From the NCBI GenBank assembly GCA_950097015.1, contig CATNEN010000038.1:26102001-26166000 (forward strand): a stretch of DNA of 64,000 nt, written 5' to 3'. A model generated the notes under the pieces. The model ran no database searches, was not told the DNA's origin, and worked only from the letters and a program-made list of their open reading frames with translations. Position numbers and translations under genes: made by a program. Numbering within the stretch: position 1 is the first letter of the stretch; each line of letters opens with the position of its first letter. Below are positions 16,620-29,904 of this stretch, one piece after another. The stretch is from Macrostomum hystrix. Taxonomy: Eukaryota > Animalia > Platyhelminthes.

Positions 16620-16928
16620 TTTATAATTGATTTATAATTGATTAAACCTGCCCTAATCGGGTCAGATGTGCAGCCGACAGCACAGCCGCAGCTATTGCGT
16701 GGCGCATCTGAAGGCTGCGTATGGCTGTTCAGTCCATGGACTGGGGGGACGCCACACCCACCTTCAATTATCCCAGCTGATGCTGGTACCCATTTAACAG
16801 CTGGGTGAACTGAAGCAATGCAGTTAAGTGTCTTGCTAATGGACACAAATTGTTTAAGTGGAGACGGGAATCGAACCCCCGACCTTCAAGTCGTGAGTCC
16901 GACGCCCTAACCACTAGGCTACAACCTC
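16620..16928 (-). mobile_element. tRNA-derived SINE family 1 with CORE-like central domain, full length
   Basis: The minus-strand head gaggttgtagcctagtggttagggcgtcggactcacgacttgaaggtcgggggttcgattccc has A box, B box and a CAC anticodon-like loop. It continues gtgtcc..caagacacttaac..cacccagctgttaaatgggtacc and ends in an AT-rich tail. Near-identical to 27540-27843. Confidence 0.9.
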
Positions 16929-17778
16929 TGGTTGGTATACAATTAAAATATATACAAATTTTGGTATATAATTATCCCATATTCGCTTATTCCCCAAATA
17001 TTATCTTTTAGGCCGTCCTGTGGAAGGGGAAATCTCAAGGAATGAATCGTGATCACTATCACCCACCCCTTCATCGATCCTTCCATTATAACCTTTGTCC
17101 AAAACGAAACAAGCTTCTTGATTCATTCAGCCCCCGAAGGCAAACGAATAATTACTTTGCTTCTTTTTCAGAAATTTCGTGTAGTCACGATTTTTATTTC
17201 GGGTTGTAACTGAAAGGCACTTTCGTGACATATCCAGTAGCTGGGATAGTTAATTTGACTTTAAACTGAGCAGCATCGTTTGAACAATCGGATAGGGTGC
17301 TTTTGTTAGCATTCATTGTTTGAGTTTGAATTTTGAGTACTTGAGCCAGGAAGAGGGAGTGATGGAATGCGAGAATTAGAATGAGAATGAGAATTTTTTT
17401 AAATGGTCGGATGCCAACCTCTGTCGGGTGGCGACACTGAGTTTATCGCTGCTTAGCTTATTGTGCTTCTGCATAAAAGGTTTTCTTTAATTTTCAGAAT
17501 TTGACTGCTTTTAGTTTTCTGTGGCTTGTTATACTCGTAGCTCATGAATGCAGTCTTGCAAGCAGAGCACTAGGCGGTCTTTCGTTAGCAAAGAGAAAGA
17601 GAAAGTTGAGATTTTGTTTATAACGAAACTTTTTATTAAGAATTCATTGCGTATGATTAAATTCATTTATTCTCACAATCTAAATGATGCAATTATTTTT
17701 ACACTTACAATCTTCAGTAGGACAAGCAATTAGATAATAAAAGCATCCTAGCTCGTACATAAGGTCTGGGGGCAATGA

Positions 17779-17935
17779 CCTGCAGCCAGCGAGGAGGCAA
17801 TTCTGCCCGTTCCGCTGACTCCTGAGCACACACGCACATAGGTACTGTACATTTGTTCTGACTTTCTCATCGTCAGGCAATGTACACTCTTTGAATTTGG
17901 CCTCGTCACGGCCTCAAATGCGTTAGACCGATCTG
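17779..17935 (-). mobile_element. SINE family 2, internally deleted copy
   Basis: gcagccagcgaggaggcaattctgccc..tcgctgactcctgagc shared with 11706-11770. Confidence 0.7.
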
Positions 17936-18040
17936 TTAATCACATTTAATATTCTAGATACATTCACAGTCTGACAAAAATTTCAGGTTTTTCTTTTAAC
18001 AAAAGCAAACGTGATTTCGTAGCCAATGCACGCCTGAGAC

Positions 18041-21000
18041 ATGGCAACCTACATGTCGGGTTTCTCGGCAGCCGTCGAGTCTTCCACACTCGACGAGCAG
18101 ATCCGGCGACTCGAGCTGGAGGGCTCCATCTTGAGATCGCAGGTGGACGAAATTCTTTCCGACGGTGAGTAAAAAAACTAGGAAAATCGTTAGTTTTTAG
18201 TGTAAAAAAACGTGTTTTATAATCATACATTTGGATTGAATGTGCTTAAAAACATTGGCGGGCACGTTTTTTATAATTGGCTGAAGGGTTATGAAGTTGG
18301 GCGCAAGGTCTGGGGTGATTGGCTGCAGGGGTATGAGGCAAGGACACAAGGCGTGAGGTGGGTGTCGGGAAGGGTATGAATTTAAGACACTAGGTGCGAG
18401 GTGGCTGGCTGGAGGAGTATTAAGTTAGTATCATATTTGGGGTGGTTGTTATCCTTTAAGTGCCCAATTGTTAATTGCCTAATTTGCTGAGTGATTGATC
18501 TAAGTCTAATTCAAATTCAACGAATTCAGAATGGTCCGATGAAAGTCAAACTGATTCAGGTAAAATTATATTCTCCATAAAATATTGTAGCTCGTATAAA
18601 GTATTCATTTTGTTATATCTTTGTTGAACAATCTATCGTATTTTTGCTGCATTTTTGTATTCCTGATTCTTTTAAAATTTCTGTTAAACAATCTTCTATG
18701 CACTGTTCGATTAAATACGAGTATCGTATCGTTAATTTCTAAAAGTCATTCTTTGAATTACGAGCGTATTATTACACAATTCCTCGTTGTAATTGCGCAC
18801 AAATGAAATATGAATTACCATATTTTTGTCTGATGCGTTAAATAACAAAATTAATTGAGAACCGTAGTTATGATTTTTTCTTTTCTTTTCAGTCACACAG
18901 CGACCGCCGCCGCCGCCGCACCCAGACACGCCGACTTTCTACGACTCCTCGTCGAGACCGCACAGTAGAGCCGGGCGCAGCAGGGGTGAGATTGACCTCC
19001 CTTAGAGAATGATGGCATTGACCTCCCTTAGAGAATGATTGGCATTGACCTCCCTTAGAGAATGATTGGCATTGACCTCCCTTAGATAATGATTGGCATT
19101 GACCTCCATTAGAGAATGATTGGCATTGACCTCCCTTAGATAATGATTGGCATTGACCTCCATTAGAGAATGATGGCATTGACCTCCCTTAGAGAATTGT
19201 GGCATTGACCTCCCTTAGAGAAAGGAGAGCATTGACCTCCCTTAGAGAATGATGGCATTGACCTCCCTTAGAGAATTGTGGCATTGACCTCCCTTAGAGA
19301 AAGGAGGGAATTGACCTCCCTTAGATAATGATGGCATTGACCTCCCTTAGAGAATGATGGCATTGACCTCCCTTAGATAATGATGGCATTGACCTCCCTT
19401 AGAGAATGATGGCATTGACCTCCCTTAGAGAAAGGAGGGCATTGACCTCCCTTAGAGTAAGGAGGCCATTGACCTCCCTTAGAGAATGATGGCATTGACC
19501 TCCCTTAGATAATGATGGCATTGACCTCCCTTAGATAATGATGGCATTGACCTCCCTTAGAGAAATGAGGGCATTGACCTCCCTTAGAGTAAGGAGGCCA
19601 TTGACCTCCCTTAGAGAATGATGGCATTGACCTCCCTTAGATAATGATGGCATTGACCTCCCTTAGAGAATGATGGCATTGACCTCCCTTAGAGAATGAT
19701 GGCATTGACCTCCCTTAGAGAAAGGAGGGCATTGACCTCCCTTAGAGTAAGGAGGCCATTGACCTCCCTCAGAGAATGATGGCATTGACCTCCCTTAGAG
19801 AATGATTGGCATTGACCTCCCCTAGAGAATGGAGGCCATTGACCTCAATTAGCAAATTTAGGTCACCGTAGTGGGCTGGTATAGCTTGGCCTTTTTAACA
19901 ATAATAATCCTTAAAAAATTTCTCACTCTCACTTGGTGCGTAGACAAAACCGAATCGGTCAGACTGTGACCTCTCCATATTACGGAGCGCTGACCCTCTC
20001 AATCTTATTCCCAAGTCATAAACTGTCACAAGCTAATTGCTGTCATTCTATCTCCGCAGATCAAAGCCGCAGTCCTTTCCGGAGCAATCAGCGCAGCTCG
20101 TCTGTTGATGCCATTCTTGCCGGCCCCAATGGAACCAGCAGGGTCAGTGTGCTAGCAATCTACTGCATCTCACTTCCCTCTCCCATTTCTCTCCCTTCTC
20201 TCTCTCTTTATCTCTATTTTCCTCTCTCCCTTCTCTCTCCCTCTCTCCCCTTCTCTCTCCCTTCTCTCTCCCTTCTCTCTCCCTCTCTCTCCCTTCTCTC
20301 TCCCTTTATCTCTATCTTCCTCTCTCCCTTCATCTCTATCTTCCTCTCTCCCTTCCCTCTCCCTTCATCTATCCCTTCTCTCTCCCTTCATCAATCCCCT
20401 ATCTCTCCCTTCATCTCTATCTTCCTTCTCTCTCCCATCTCTCTCCCTTCTCTCTCTCTTAATCTCTATCTTCCTCTATCCCTTCTCTCTCCCATCTCTC
20501 TCCCTTCTCTCTCCCTTCATCTCTATCTTCCTCTATCCCTTCTCTCTCCCATCTCTCTCCCTTCTCTCTCCCATCTCTCTCCCTTCTCTCTCCCATCTCT
20601 CTCCCTTCTCTCTCTCTTAATCTCTATCTTCCTCTATCCCTTCTCTCTCCCATCTCTCTCCCTTCTCTCTCCCTTCATCTCTATCTTCCTCTATCCCTTC
20701 TCTCTCCCATCTCTCTCCCTTCTCTCTCCCATCTCTCTCCCTTCTCTCTCCCATCTCTCTCCCTTCTCTCTCCCATCTCTCTCCCTTCTCTCTCCTTTAT
20801 CTCTATCTTCCTCTCTCCCTTCTCTCTCCCTTCATCTCTATCTTCCTCTCTCCCTTGTCTGTCACTTCTCTCTCCCATCTTTCTCCCTTCTTTCTCCCTA
20901 GTTTGTCCCTTGTCTCTCATTTGTCTCTTCCTCTACTTTCCTTAGTCTATCTACCTACAGCTCTTTCTTTACTTTTTATATTCTTCTCAATGATTTTTCC

Positions 21001-24000
21001 ATTCACTAAATTTACTTTATGAAAAACAACAGAACCAAAATTGAAAGCTAATTTTATTTCAGCCGTCGAATTACTCCCACCTGGCTGATAGCAGCGCCGA
21101 GCAACAAGAATTGGATACAATGAGGTGAGAATCAATTTATGTAGCGAAGCTCAGGAAGTTCAAGGAACAAAGACAGTATTTGTTCAAGAATCAGACCATC
21201 TATTAACTGGCCAACCATTTGGATTGCAGCAGCAAGCTAGACGCCCAGGCGGCGGCTGCTACGAGTCTTCAACAGCGGCTGCACTATACGTCAGCATCGG
21301 GCTCATTGCACCAGCCAGTCTATTATCAAAGCCAGCCTGGCCAGAATTATCCGCCGCGCCAATCGCGCACCGAAATCCTTCTGCCCCCGGCTTCGGCCGA
21401 GCGGGAATTGCGCGACGCCCGAGAACAGGTTGAGCATCTGCGACGCGAACTCCGGACCGCACACGATCGGCAGCTCAGAGAGAAAGCGGAACTTCGAGCT
21501 CAACTGGACGGCCTCCGAGCTCGCCTGATGGAGGCCAACAGTCAGAGAGAGTCGCTGGCTTCTCAGCGTGTTCGCGAGGCGACCGCTCAGGAAGATCTGA
21601 TTGGCCGGCTGCAGTCGTCTGTGGAGGCTCTCCAGGCAGCCAATAGGGAGCAGGAGGCCGCCCTGCTCGAGACCAATCGCCGCTTGGACGCCGCCAAGAG
21701 ACGTCAATTCGGTTTGGAGGCCGTCATGGCCGACGTGCGCGGCATTCTAGCCGATGTTGAACTGCGACGCCGCGGCGGTAGGCCGATTCTCGACGGCGAA
21801 CCGGTTGCTCAACAGGACGACAGCTTGTTGGCGAGCACTTTGGAGAGGTGAATTGTTGGCAGGATATGGTCTAACGGGTTTCTGATCATCTCTAACAAGT
21901 CGTTTGTCATGTCTAACAGGTTTAATGACATATCTAACATAACGAGTCTAAAAACACGTCAACCAATTTAAGAAACACTTGTAAAATGTTTTTTATGATT
22001 TTTATAGATCATGCGCCATGTCTAACGGGTTAATTATATTGCTTAGCAAGTTAATAGTAACTTTTAATTTTATCTTAACAATTTTTAAAATGAATGTCAA
22101 ACAATGATATTGTGTCAAACGAATCTCCAGCAGATGATATGAGAGATGATCGTAAGCATCGCGAACCGCCACCACCTGCCGTTCGCACAGGTGCCTGCAA
22201 GACTTTGCAATCGAATTGGACGATCGCATGCGCGATATAGGAGCCCTGGAGCGAGAACTCTCCGAGTCGCGCTGCGCGTTCCTGTCCGAGAAGGCCGAAC
22301 TGGAGGCCGCCTGGCAGAGGCGATGCGGCGAGGCTGCCGAGCAGTACGAGTCAGAGCTCAGGAAACTGCGAGACAGATCGGCTGAGGACCAGAGGAGGTG
22401 AGCCAGGGGCCCCTTCATCTCCCTGTATGTGCCTCCTTTCATCCCCCTGTATGTGCCTCCCTTCATCCCCCTGTGTGTGCCTCCCTTCATCTCCCTGTGT
22501 GTGCCTCCCTTCATCCCCCTGTATGTGCCTCCCTTCATCCCCCTGTATGTGCCTCCCTTCATCCCCCTGTATGTGCCTCCCTTCATCCCCCTGTATGTGC
22601 CTCCCTTCATCCCCCTGTATGTGCCTCCCTTCATCTCCCTGTGTGTGCCTCCCTTCATCCCCCTGTATGTGCCTCCCTTCTTCCCCCTGTATGTGCCTCC
22701 CTTCATCCCCCTGTATGTGCCTCCCTTCATCTCCCTGTGTGTGCCTCCCTTCATCCCCCTGTATGTGCCTCCCTTCATCTCCCTGTATGTGCCTCCCTTC
22801 ATCTCCCTGTATGTGCCTCCCTTCATCTCCCTGTATCTACCTCCCTTCATCCCCCTGTATCTAACTCCCTTCATCTCCCTGTATCTAACTCCCTTCATCC
22901 CCCTGTATGTGCCTCCCTTCATCCCCCTGTATGTGCCTCCCTTCATCCCCCTGTATGTGCCTCCCTTCATCTCCCTGTATCTAACTTTCTTCATCTCCCT
23001 GTATGTGCCTCCCTTCATCTCCCTGTATCTACCTCCCTTCATCTCCCTGTATCTACCTCCCTTCATCTCCCTGTATCTACCTCCCTTCATCTCCCTGTAT
23101 CTACCTCCCTTCATCTCCCTGTATCTACCTCCCTTCATCTCCCTGTATCTACCTCCCTTCATCTCCCTGTATCTACCTCCCTTCATCCCCCTGTATCTAA
23201 CTCCCTTCATCTCCCTGTATCTAACTCCCTTCATCCCCCTGTATCTAACTCCCTTCATTTCCCTGTATCTACCTCCCGTAATTTCCAAATGTTTCCCTTA
23301 GTCACTTTACTTTTCCTTTCCTCTTTGCCTCAGTCTGAGCGCACAGCTCACTGTTCTCAATCCTTCCAGGCTGGACCTGCTGGCTGACGACGCTCGCAGA
23401 GAGGCGGAGCAGCTGCGCTCCAAGGCCGACTCGCGCTCCAGCCGAGTAGCCGAACTAGAGTCCACATTGTCTCGCCTCATAGACGACTACGATAGGGATA
23501 GGAAGGCCTGGGATGCTAAACGCGCCGCATTAGAGTCCGGCCTTGACGCCAGCCAATCGGAACTAGCCGAAGCCCGTCGACTGCGCGAGGAGGCGGTGAA
23601 AGATTCCGCCCTAATGGAGCCGCGATTGAACTCGGCCGAAGCCGAAGTCGCCGAACTCAAAGCTGAACGAGACGAACTAGCTGAGGCCAGGGACTCGGCA
23701 GAGACTGAGCTGGCCGATACGAAAACTAAACTGGTTGCCAAGGCAACGGAGGTGGCCGAATTGAGGGCCCTAATTGAAGCATTGAAAGAAGAGACAGATT
23801 CGCTTACTAAGGAACAGGTGAGCTTTTATATATTTCTTATATAATTCAGTCCATGGACTGGTGATGAAACGCCACAACCACCATGAAATAACATTTAACA
23901 GCTGGGTGAACTGAAATAACGCAGAGTTTAAGATGCCTTGCTGAAGGACTCAAATTGTTCCAGTGGAATCCGGAATCGAACCCCCGACCTTCAAGTCGCT

Positions 24001-27000
24001 AATCCAAGGCTCTAAATACTAGTCTACAACCCCTCGCTCGAAGTTTCTTTGCCCAAATGATAGGTCGGGGGTTCGAATCTTATCCTAAAAAAGGATAGAA
24101 AATCAGGTGTATTTGCCAGCCTACCCAGCCCCCGGACTGAACAGAATGTGCGACCCCGCCGCCAACCAGGTGACGAAGGCGCTGGCAGAGGAGCAGCAGT
24201 ACACCCAGGCTCAGTCACGCAGCCTCGCAACCCAGCTGGCTGCTCAAACCGAGCGCTGCGAACTCCAGGCCAAGGAGCTCCAGGCTGCCAGAGCCGACGC
24301 GGCTGCGTTGGAGCGACGCCTAGCCGGCCAGACTGAGGACCGGCTGGCGCTTGAGGAACGCCTGGTGGCTGCTGGCGAGGAGCTTCGCCACCTGACTGAG
24401 CGGCTGAGACAGCGCGACGAGGAGGTGGCCAGACTGACCGGCGAGAGGGACCGGCAGTACGAGCAGGAGGCAGGGAGGGCCCAGCAGCTCGCCAGCGTGC
24501 TGGAGGACTACAGGTAACAGGATCGCTTAGGGGATTGCAGGATTCAGTTGAGGATTGCTGGATTTAATTTAGGGATTGTTGAATTCATTTGGGGATTGCG
24601 GGATTCATTTGGGGATTGCGGGATTCATTTGGGGATTGCTGGATTCATTTGGGGATTGCTGGATTCATTTGGGGATTGCAGGATTCATTTGGGGATTGCT
24701 GGATTCATTTGGGTGATTGCGGGATTCATTTTAGGACTGCTGGTTTCATTTGTGGATTTTCTCACATGGATTATGTGATTCTCTTAGGCAAATTGTGAGA
24801 TTCTCTGAGTCTATTCTAGGGCTCTCAAATAAGATTCTAGGACGCTCTAAAATGGGATTCTTGGAATCTCTCAAATGGGATTCTAGGACTCTCTCAAAAG
24901 GGATTCTAGGACTCTCTCAAATGGGATTCTAGGACTCTCAAATGGGATTCTAGGACTCTCTCAAATGGGATACTAGGACTCTCTCAAATGGGATTCTAGG
25001 ACTCTCTCAAATGGGATACTAGGACTCTCTCAAATGGGATACTAGGACTCTCTCAAATGGGATTCTAGGACTCTCAAATGGGATTCTAGGACTCTCTCAA
25101 ATGGGATACTAGGACTCTCTCAAATGGGATTCTAGGACTCTCTTAAAAGGGATTCTAGGACTCTCAAATGGGATACTAGGACTCTCTCAAATGGGATTCT
25201 AGGACTCTAAAATAGGATTCTAGGACACTCTAAAATGGTATTCTTGGAATCTCTCAAATGGGATTCTAGGACTCTCTCAAATGGTATTCTAGGACTCTCT
25301 CAAATGGGATTCTAGGACTCTCTCAAAAGGGATTCTAGGACTCTCTCAAAAGGGATTCTAGGACTCTCTCAGCGGGGACTCTCTTAGGGGAGGATTGTTG
25401 GATTCTTTGAGTAAAGTAAGTCCTATCGCACCCCACCCCACTTAGGCACCTGGTCAGCCTGTTCGAGGACCGCAATGGTCAGTTGGCGGCTTTGGAGTCT
25501 CGCGGCCGACTGGGCATCGCCGAACTCGAACGCGCCGCGGCCGAACGTGACGCCATCTACCTGGAACTGAAGGACTCCCGCCTGGAGGTTGCCGCACTTC
25601 GGGCAGACGCTGAAGCTGTTCGGGTCGCCAGCGGTCGCGAGACGGAGGCTCTCAGGCGACGCAACGGCGAACTCAACGCCCGTCTGAAGGACGCTCGCGC
25701 TGAGCTAGCGCTTGCCAGGTGCGCTGTCCTAATGATCATCACTACTGAAGTCCTGATCCCCGATCCTCAAATCCTGATCCCTGATACTGAAGCCCTGATC
25801 CCCGATCCTCAAGTCCTGATCCCTGATACTGAAGTCCCGATCCCCGATCCTCAAGTCCTGATCCCCGATCTTCAAGTCCTCATCCCTGATCCTCAAGTCC
25901 TCATCCCGGATCCTGAAGTCCTGATCCCAAATCCTGAAGTCTTTATCCTAAATCCTGAAGTCTTTATCCTAAATCCTGAAGTCTTTATCCGAAATCCTGA
26001 AGTCTTGATCGCCAGTACTGGAGTCTCAATTTTTTTTCTTAAGTCTTGATTTTCAATCCTGAATTCTTGATTTTCAATTCTGAAGTCTTCATCCCGAATC
26101 CCGTAGTCTTGATTCCGAATCCTGTAGTCTTGATTCCGAATCCTGTAGTCTTGATCCCCGGTACTGGTCTTGATTTTCACTCCTGAAGTCTGGATCCCCC
26201 AATCCTGAAGTATTGATCCTCCACGCGCCTGCCGCATCTCCAGGGACGCCCTGAAAGCCAAGGAGGAAGCCGAGGAGGCCGCAGCCGCGGCGGTTCGTCG
26301 ACATCAGCACACGGCTTCGGCATCGGCGGCAGCCGCCGCAGTCAAGAAGCAGCAAAAGCGCCAGCAGCAGATGCAGGAGAGGCGGCTAATGGCTCTGGAG
26401 GCCGACAATGAGAGGCTTGTAGCAGAGCTGGACACCTGGGCCAGGCAGTGCAAGGAGGCCACGAATTCAGCTAGACAGGTGCGTGTCTGAGGGGCTGCAT
26501 TCTTGCTCGAGATTGTGAATAGGGATTCCCCTAATATTGTGAATAGGGATTCCCCTAATATTGTGATTAAGGGTTCCCCTATAATTGTTGATAGGGATCC
26601 CCATATTATTGTGAATAGGGATTACCCTAAGATTTGAAAAGGGATTCCCCTAAAATTTTGAATATGGATTCCCCTAAGATTGTGAATAGGGACACCCCTA
26701 GGGACACCCCTGAGCAGTCTAACATGTCAATCACAGATTAAATCTTCCGAATCAATAAAATCGCAGAGCGAAGCCACAAATCGCCGTCTGCGCGCCCAGT
26801 TGGCTGCCTGTCAGCAGGTCCTGCGCCAGCAGCTTCCCCAGCAGCAGCAGCCTTTGCCAGAAGGTCGCCCTCGCCGACAACCGCAGACAGCTAAGTCTGG
26901 CCAAGCGACACTCGACGGAGCAAATGAAATTCGCCTCGCTCTGGCCGACATTCAGAGCCTGCTCGGCCGGCGACCGGGCGACGTCGAAGAACCAGCCGAC

Positions 27001-27977
27001 AGCGACGATGGTGAGGTCGAGGTCGAGAGCAAGGCGAAAAAGTCCGACAATCGACAGGGCCGAAAAGCGACAGACGGAAGAGCAGCTGGCGGTTCAGAAG
27101 CTGACCGAGCTCTGAGCCCGACTAGCAGAAGGCTTCTGCGTGGTTTGGGTAAGGAGGGGATAACCCAGCAGGGATATTGTGGGGATATCTCAGCGGGGAT
27201 ATTGTGGGGATATCTCAGCAGGGATATTGTGGGGATATCTCAGCAGGGATATTGTGAGGATATCTCGGCGGGGATATTGTAGGGATATCTCAGCGGGGAT
27301 ATTGTGGGGATATCTCAGCGGGGATATTGTAGGGATATCTCAGCGGGGATATTGTAGGGATATCTCAGCAGGGATATTGTGGGGATATCTCAGCAGGGAT
27401 ATTGTAGGGATATCTCAGCAGGGATATTGTGGGGATATCTCAGCAGGGATATTGTAGGGATATCTCAGCAGGGATATTGTGGGCATATCTCAGCAGGGAT
27501 ATTGTGGGGATATCTCAGCAGGGATTTATTAATTAACCATTTAATTATAATTGATTACACCTGCCCCAAAAGGGTCAGATGTGCAGCCGACAGCACAGCC
27601 GCAGCTATTGCGCGGCGCATCTGAAGGCTGCGTACAGCTGTTCAGTCCATGGACTGGGGGGACGCCACACCCACCCTCAATTATCCCAGCTAATGCTGGT
27701 ACCCATTTAACAGCTGGGTGAACTGAAGCAATGCAGAGTTAAGTGTCTTGCCTAAGGACACAAATTGTTCCAGTGGAGTCGGGAATCGAACCCCCGACTT
27801 TCAAGTCGTGAGTCCGACGCCCCAACCACTAGGCTACAACCTCACAGTAGGGATATTGTAGGGATATCTCAGCAGGGATATTATGGGGATTTCTTGGCAA
27901 TAATTTCTATTCAAATTTCACATTTTAATATTTCAGATGAGAAACGCACATCAGAACAACAGCAGCAGATGCAGTAG
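18041..27977 (+). CDS. CCDC158: Coiled-coil domain-containing protein 158-like, about 979 aa; exons 18041-18164, 18893-18985, 20060-20142, 21063-21124, 21230-21847, 22191-22397, 23370-23817, 24170-24513, 25446-25718, 26244-26478, 26737-27148, 27937-27977
   Basis: All 11 GT-AG introns join in frame. LRARLMEANSQRESLASQRVREATAQEDLIGRLQSSVEALQAAN...EAVMADVRGILADVE resembles, from memory, the CCDC158 N-terminal coiled coil. Heptad-rich throughout. The gene model is firmer than the orthology. Confidence 0.78.
18250..18430. repeat. Degenerate ~41-bp tandem repeat (about 4 copies) in CCDC158 intron 1
   Basis: Recurrent ggctg.agggtatga...g.cacaagg..tg.ggtg. Confidence 0.6.
18990..19848. repeat. 26-27 bp minisatellite (GGCATTGACCTCCCTTAGAGAATGAT) starting at the splice donor
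   Basis: Directly visible. Confidence 0.96.
20170..20940. repeat. CT-rich low-complexity/polypyrimidine array
   Basis: Directly visible. Confidence 0.93.
22410..23278. repeat. 24-bp minisatellite (CCCTTCATCCCCCTGTATGTGCCT)
   Basis: Directly visible. Confidence 0.96.
23845..24032 (-). mobile_element. SINE family 1, degenerate copy
   Basis: cagtccatggactgg...catttaacagctgggtgaactgaa...ggaatcgaacccccgaccttcaagtcg...ctacaacccc. Confidence 0.8.
24530..25370. repeat. Two adjacent minisatellites: 20-bp (GGATTCATTTGGGGATTGCG, 24530-24760) and 21-23 bp (GGGATTCTAGGACTCTCTCAAAT, 24830-25370)
   Basis: Directly visible. Confidence 0.93.
25745..26220. repeat. Degenerate 21-bp minisatellite (GAAGTCCTGATCCCCGATCCT)
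   Basis: Directly visible. Confidence 0.88.
26512..26710. repeat. ~24-bp minisatellite (ATTGTGAATAGGGATTCCCCTAAT)
   Basis: Directly visible. Confidence 0.85.
27165..27890. repeat. 25-bp minisatellite (GGGATATTGTGGGGATATCTCAGCA) interrupted by a SINE
   Basis: Array runs 27165-27525 and resumes at 27848-27890. Confidence 0.93.
27540..27843 (-). mobile_element. SINE family 1, full length, inserted in a minisatellite
   Basis: Near-identical to 16620-16928. Confidence 0.9.
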
Positions 27978-28734
27978 CCATCTACCATGATTTAATGGCC
28001 ATTAGGAACTGTTATTTTTAGTGTACATTACATTTTTTAGAAAATATTTATAAAATTAGGTTTGAATTCAAAAAGTTTGTTTAAAAAACTCAGTCCGTTA
28101 AAGCGTGTTTTAACGTAAATTACTGTATTTTAAATTTACTGTATTCGTAACAAAATCTGTGTACAACTTAATACGAGTACATTCCATGCTCCCAATAAAG
28201 CTACATTTAATGGAGTCTGTGACTCGAAAATTATTGCGAATCTGTGATCCCTCATCTTGTTCAATAATATCTATTTTAAATATATAACATAGCTCGTATT
28301 TTAATTTTGAAAAAAACCTACTCTTTTTATCTACTTTTAGTAGTTTACAGTTTTAGATAAATTTTAGCATTAACTTATGAGGTTTTAAATTCATTAGCGA
28401 TTCTAAGAAATCTCGTTAATACTTCCGTTTGAACTAATTCGGCTCAAAAAACACATGCACATTTAAGCAGTTAAACAAATCATAAGATTAACGGCTCAAC
28501 TTCTTCCCTGTACTTAAAATGTGTGTTTGTAAACATTTTTCTAATGCTAAAAAAATTTGTTCTTTTTTAAGTTCTTTGTGGTTAAATATACACCTTATCG
28601 TACAGCTGCATGTCACAGTGTGATTTTATACCGATTAAATATTATCGATATAGTCCTCAGCTCATTGATTTAGTGAGTTGAAATTATTTTTCCTGAAACT
28701 ACGAGTTTTAGAACATTGATTCAAAGCATTAAAT

Positions 28735-29635
28735 GTTAGACAGCTAATTTTAGATAGCAGATGTTACACAGTTGATGATTGACAGCTGGTGTTAGACAGC
28801 TGATGTTAGATAGCTGATGTTACACAGTTGATGATTGACAGCTGGTGTTAGACAGCTGATGTTAGATAGCTGATGTTACATAGTTGATGATTGACAGCTG
28901 GTGTTAGACAGCTGATGTTAGATAGCTGATGTTACACAGTTGATGATTGACAGCTGGTGTTAGACAGATGATGTTAGATAGCTGATGTTACATAGTTGAT
29001 GATTGACAGCTGGTGTTAGACAGCTGATGTTAGACAGCTGATGATTGACAGCTGGTGTTAGACAGCTGGTGTTAGACAGCTGATGTTACACAGTTGATGA
29101 TTGACAGCTGGTGTTAGACAGCTGATGTTAGATAGCTGATGCTACACAGTTGATGATTGACAGCTGGTGTTAGATAGCTGATGTTAGATAGCTGATGCTA
29201 CACAGTTGATGATTGACAGCTGGTGTTAGACAGCTGATGTTAGATAGCTGATGCTACACAGTTGATGATTGACAGCTGGTGTTAGATAGCTGATGTTACA
29301 CAGTTGATTATTGACAGCTGGTGTTAGACAGCTGATGTTAGACAGCTGATGTTAGACAGCTGATGTTAGACAGCTGGTGTTAGACAGCTGACGTTAGACA
29401 GCTACTGTTAGACAGGTGATGTTAGACAGCTGATGTTCGAGAGTTGATGATTGACAGCTGACGTTAGACAGCTGGTGCTAGACAGCTGATGTTAGACAGT
29501 TGATGTTCGAGAGTTGATGATTGACAGCTGACGTTAGACAGCTGGTGCTAGACAGCTGATGTTAGACAGCTACTGTTAGACAGCTGTTAGACAGTTGATG
29601 TTAGACAGTTGATGTTAGACAGCTGATTTTAGATA
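28735..29635. repeat. 14-bp minisatellite (GACAGCTGATGTTA) with a ~56-bp higher-order unit
   Basis: Directly visible. Confidence 0.94.
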
Positions 29636-29904
29636 CCTAGCATTAATAAATTCGCTATCAAGCTGTCAAAAAAAATGCAACATCCTTAGCTGGAAATGGC
29701 CATAGACATTTGTTAAACGAGGACATGATTTTCTACTCTTGAGACAACTAAATATTTTTGCCACAATTTATTATATTTTTACCGGTCTATCTACTGCTTT
29801 TGTTCAAGTCAACTTAACCTTTATCGTCTGTTGTGGTAAGTCATGAATAGGATGTAAGCCTTATGTAGATGTCAGTCAGTCTAATAAGCAATGATTGAGC
29901 TTTA

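Noticed and set aside
22002-23387. Repetitive ORFs on both strands (also 29902-31791, 47313-48339, 50656-51861, 52447-54155, 54566-55352, 62075-62866)
   Set aside because: All are translations of minisatellites, lacking unique coding context.
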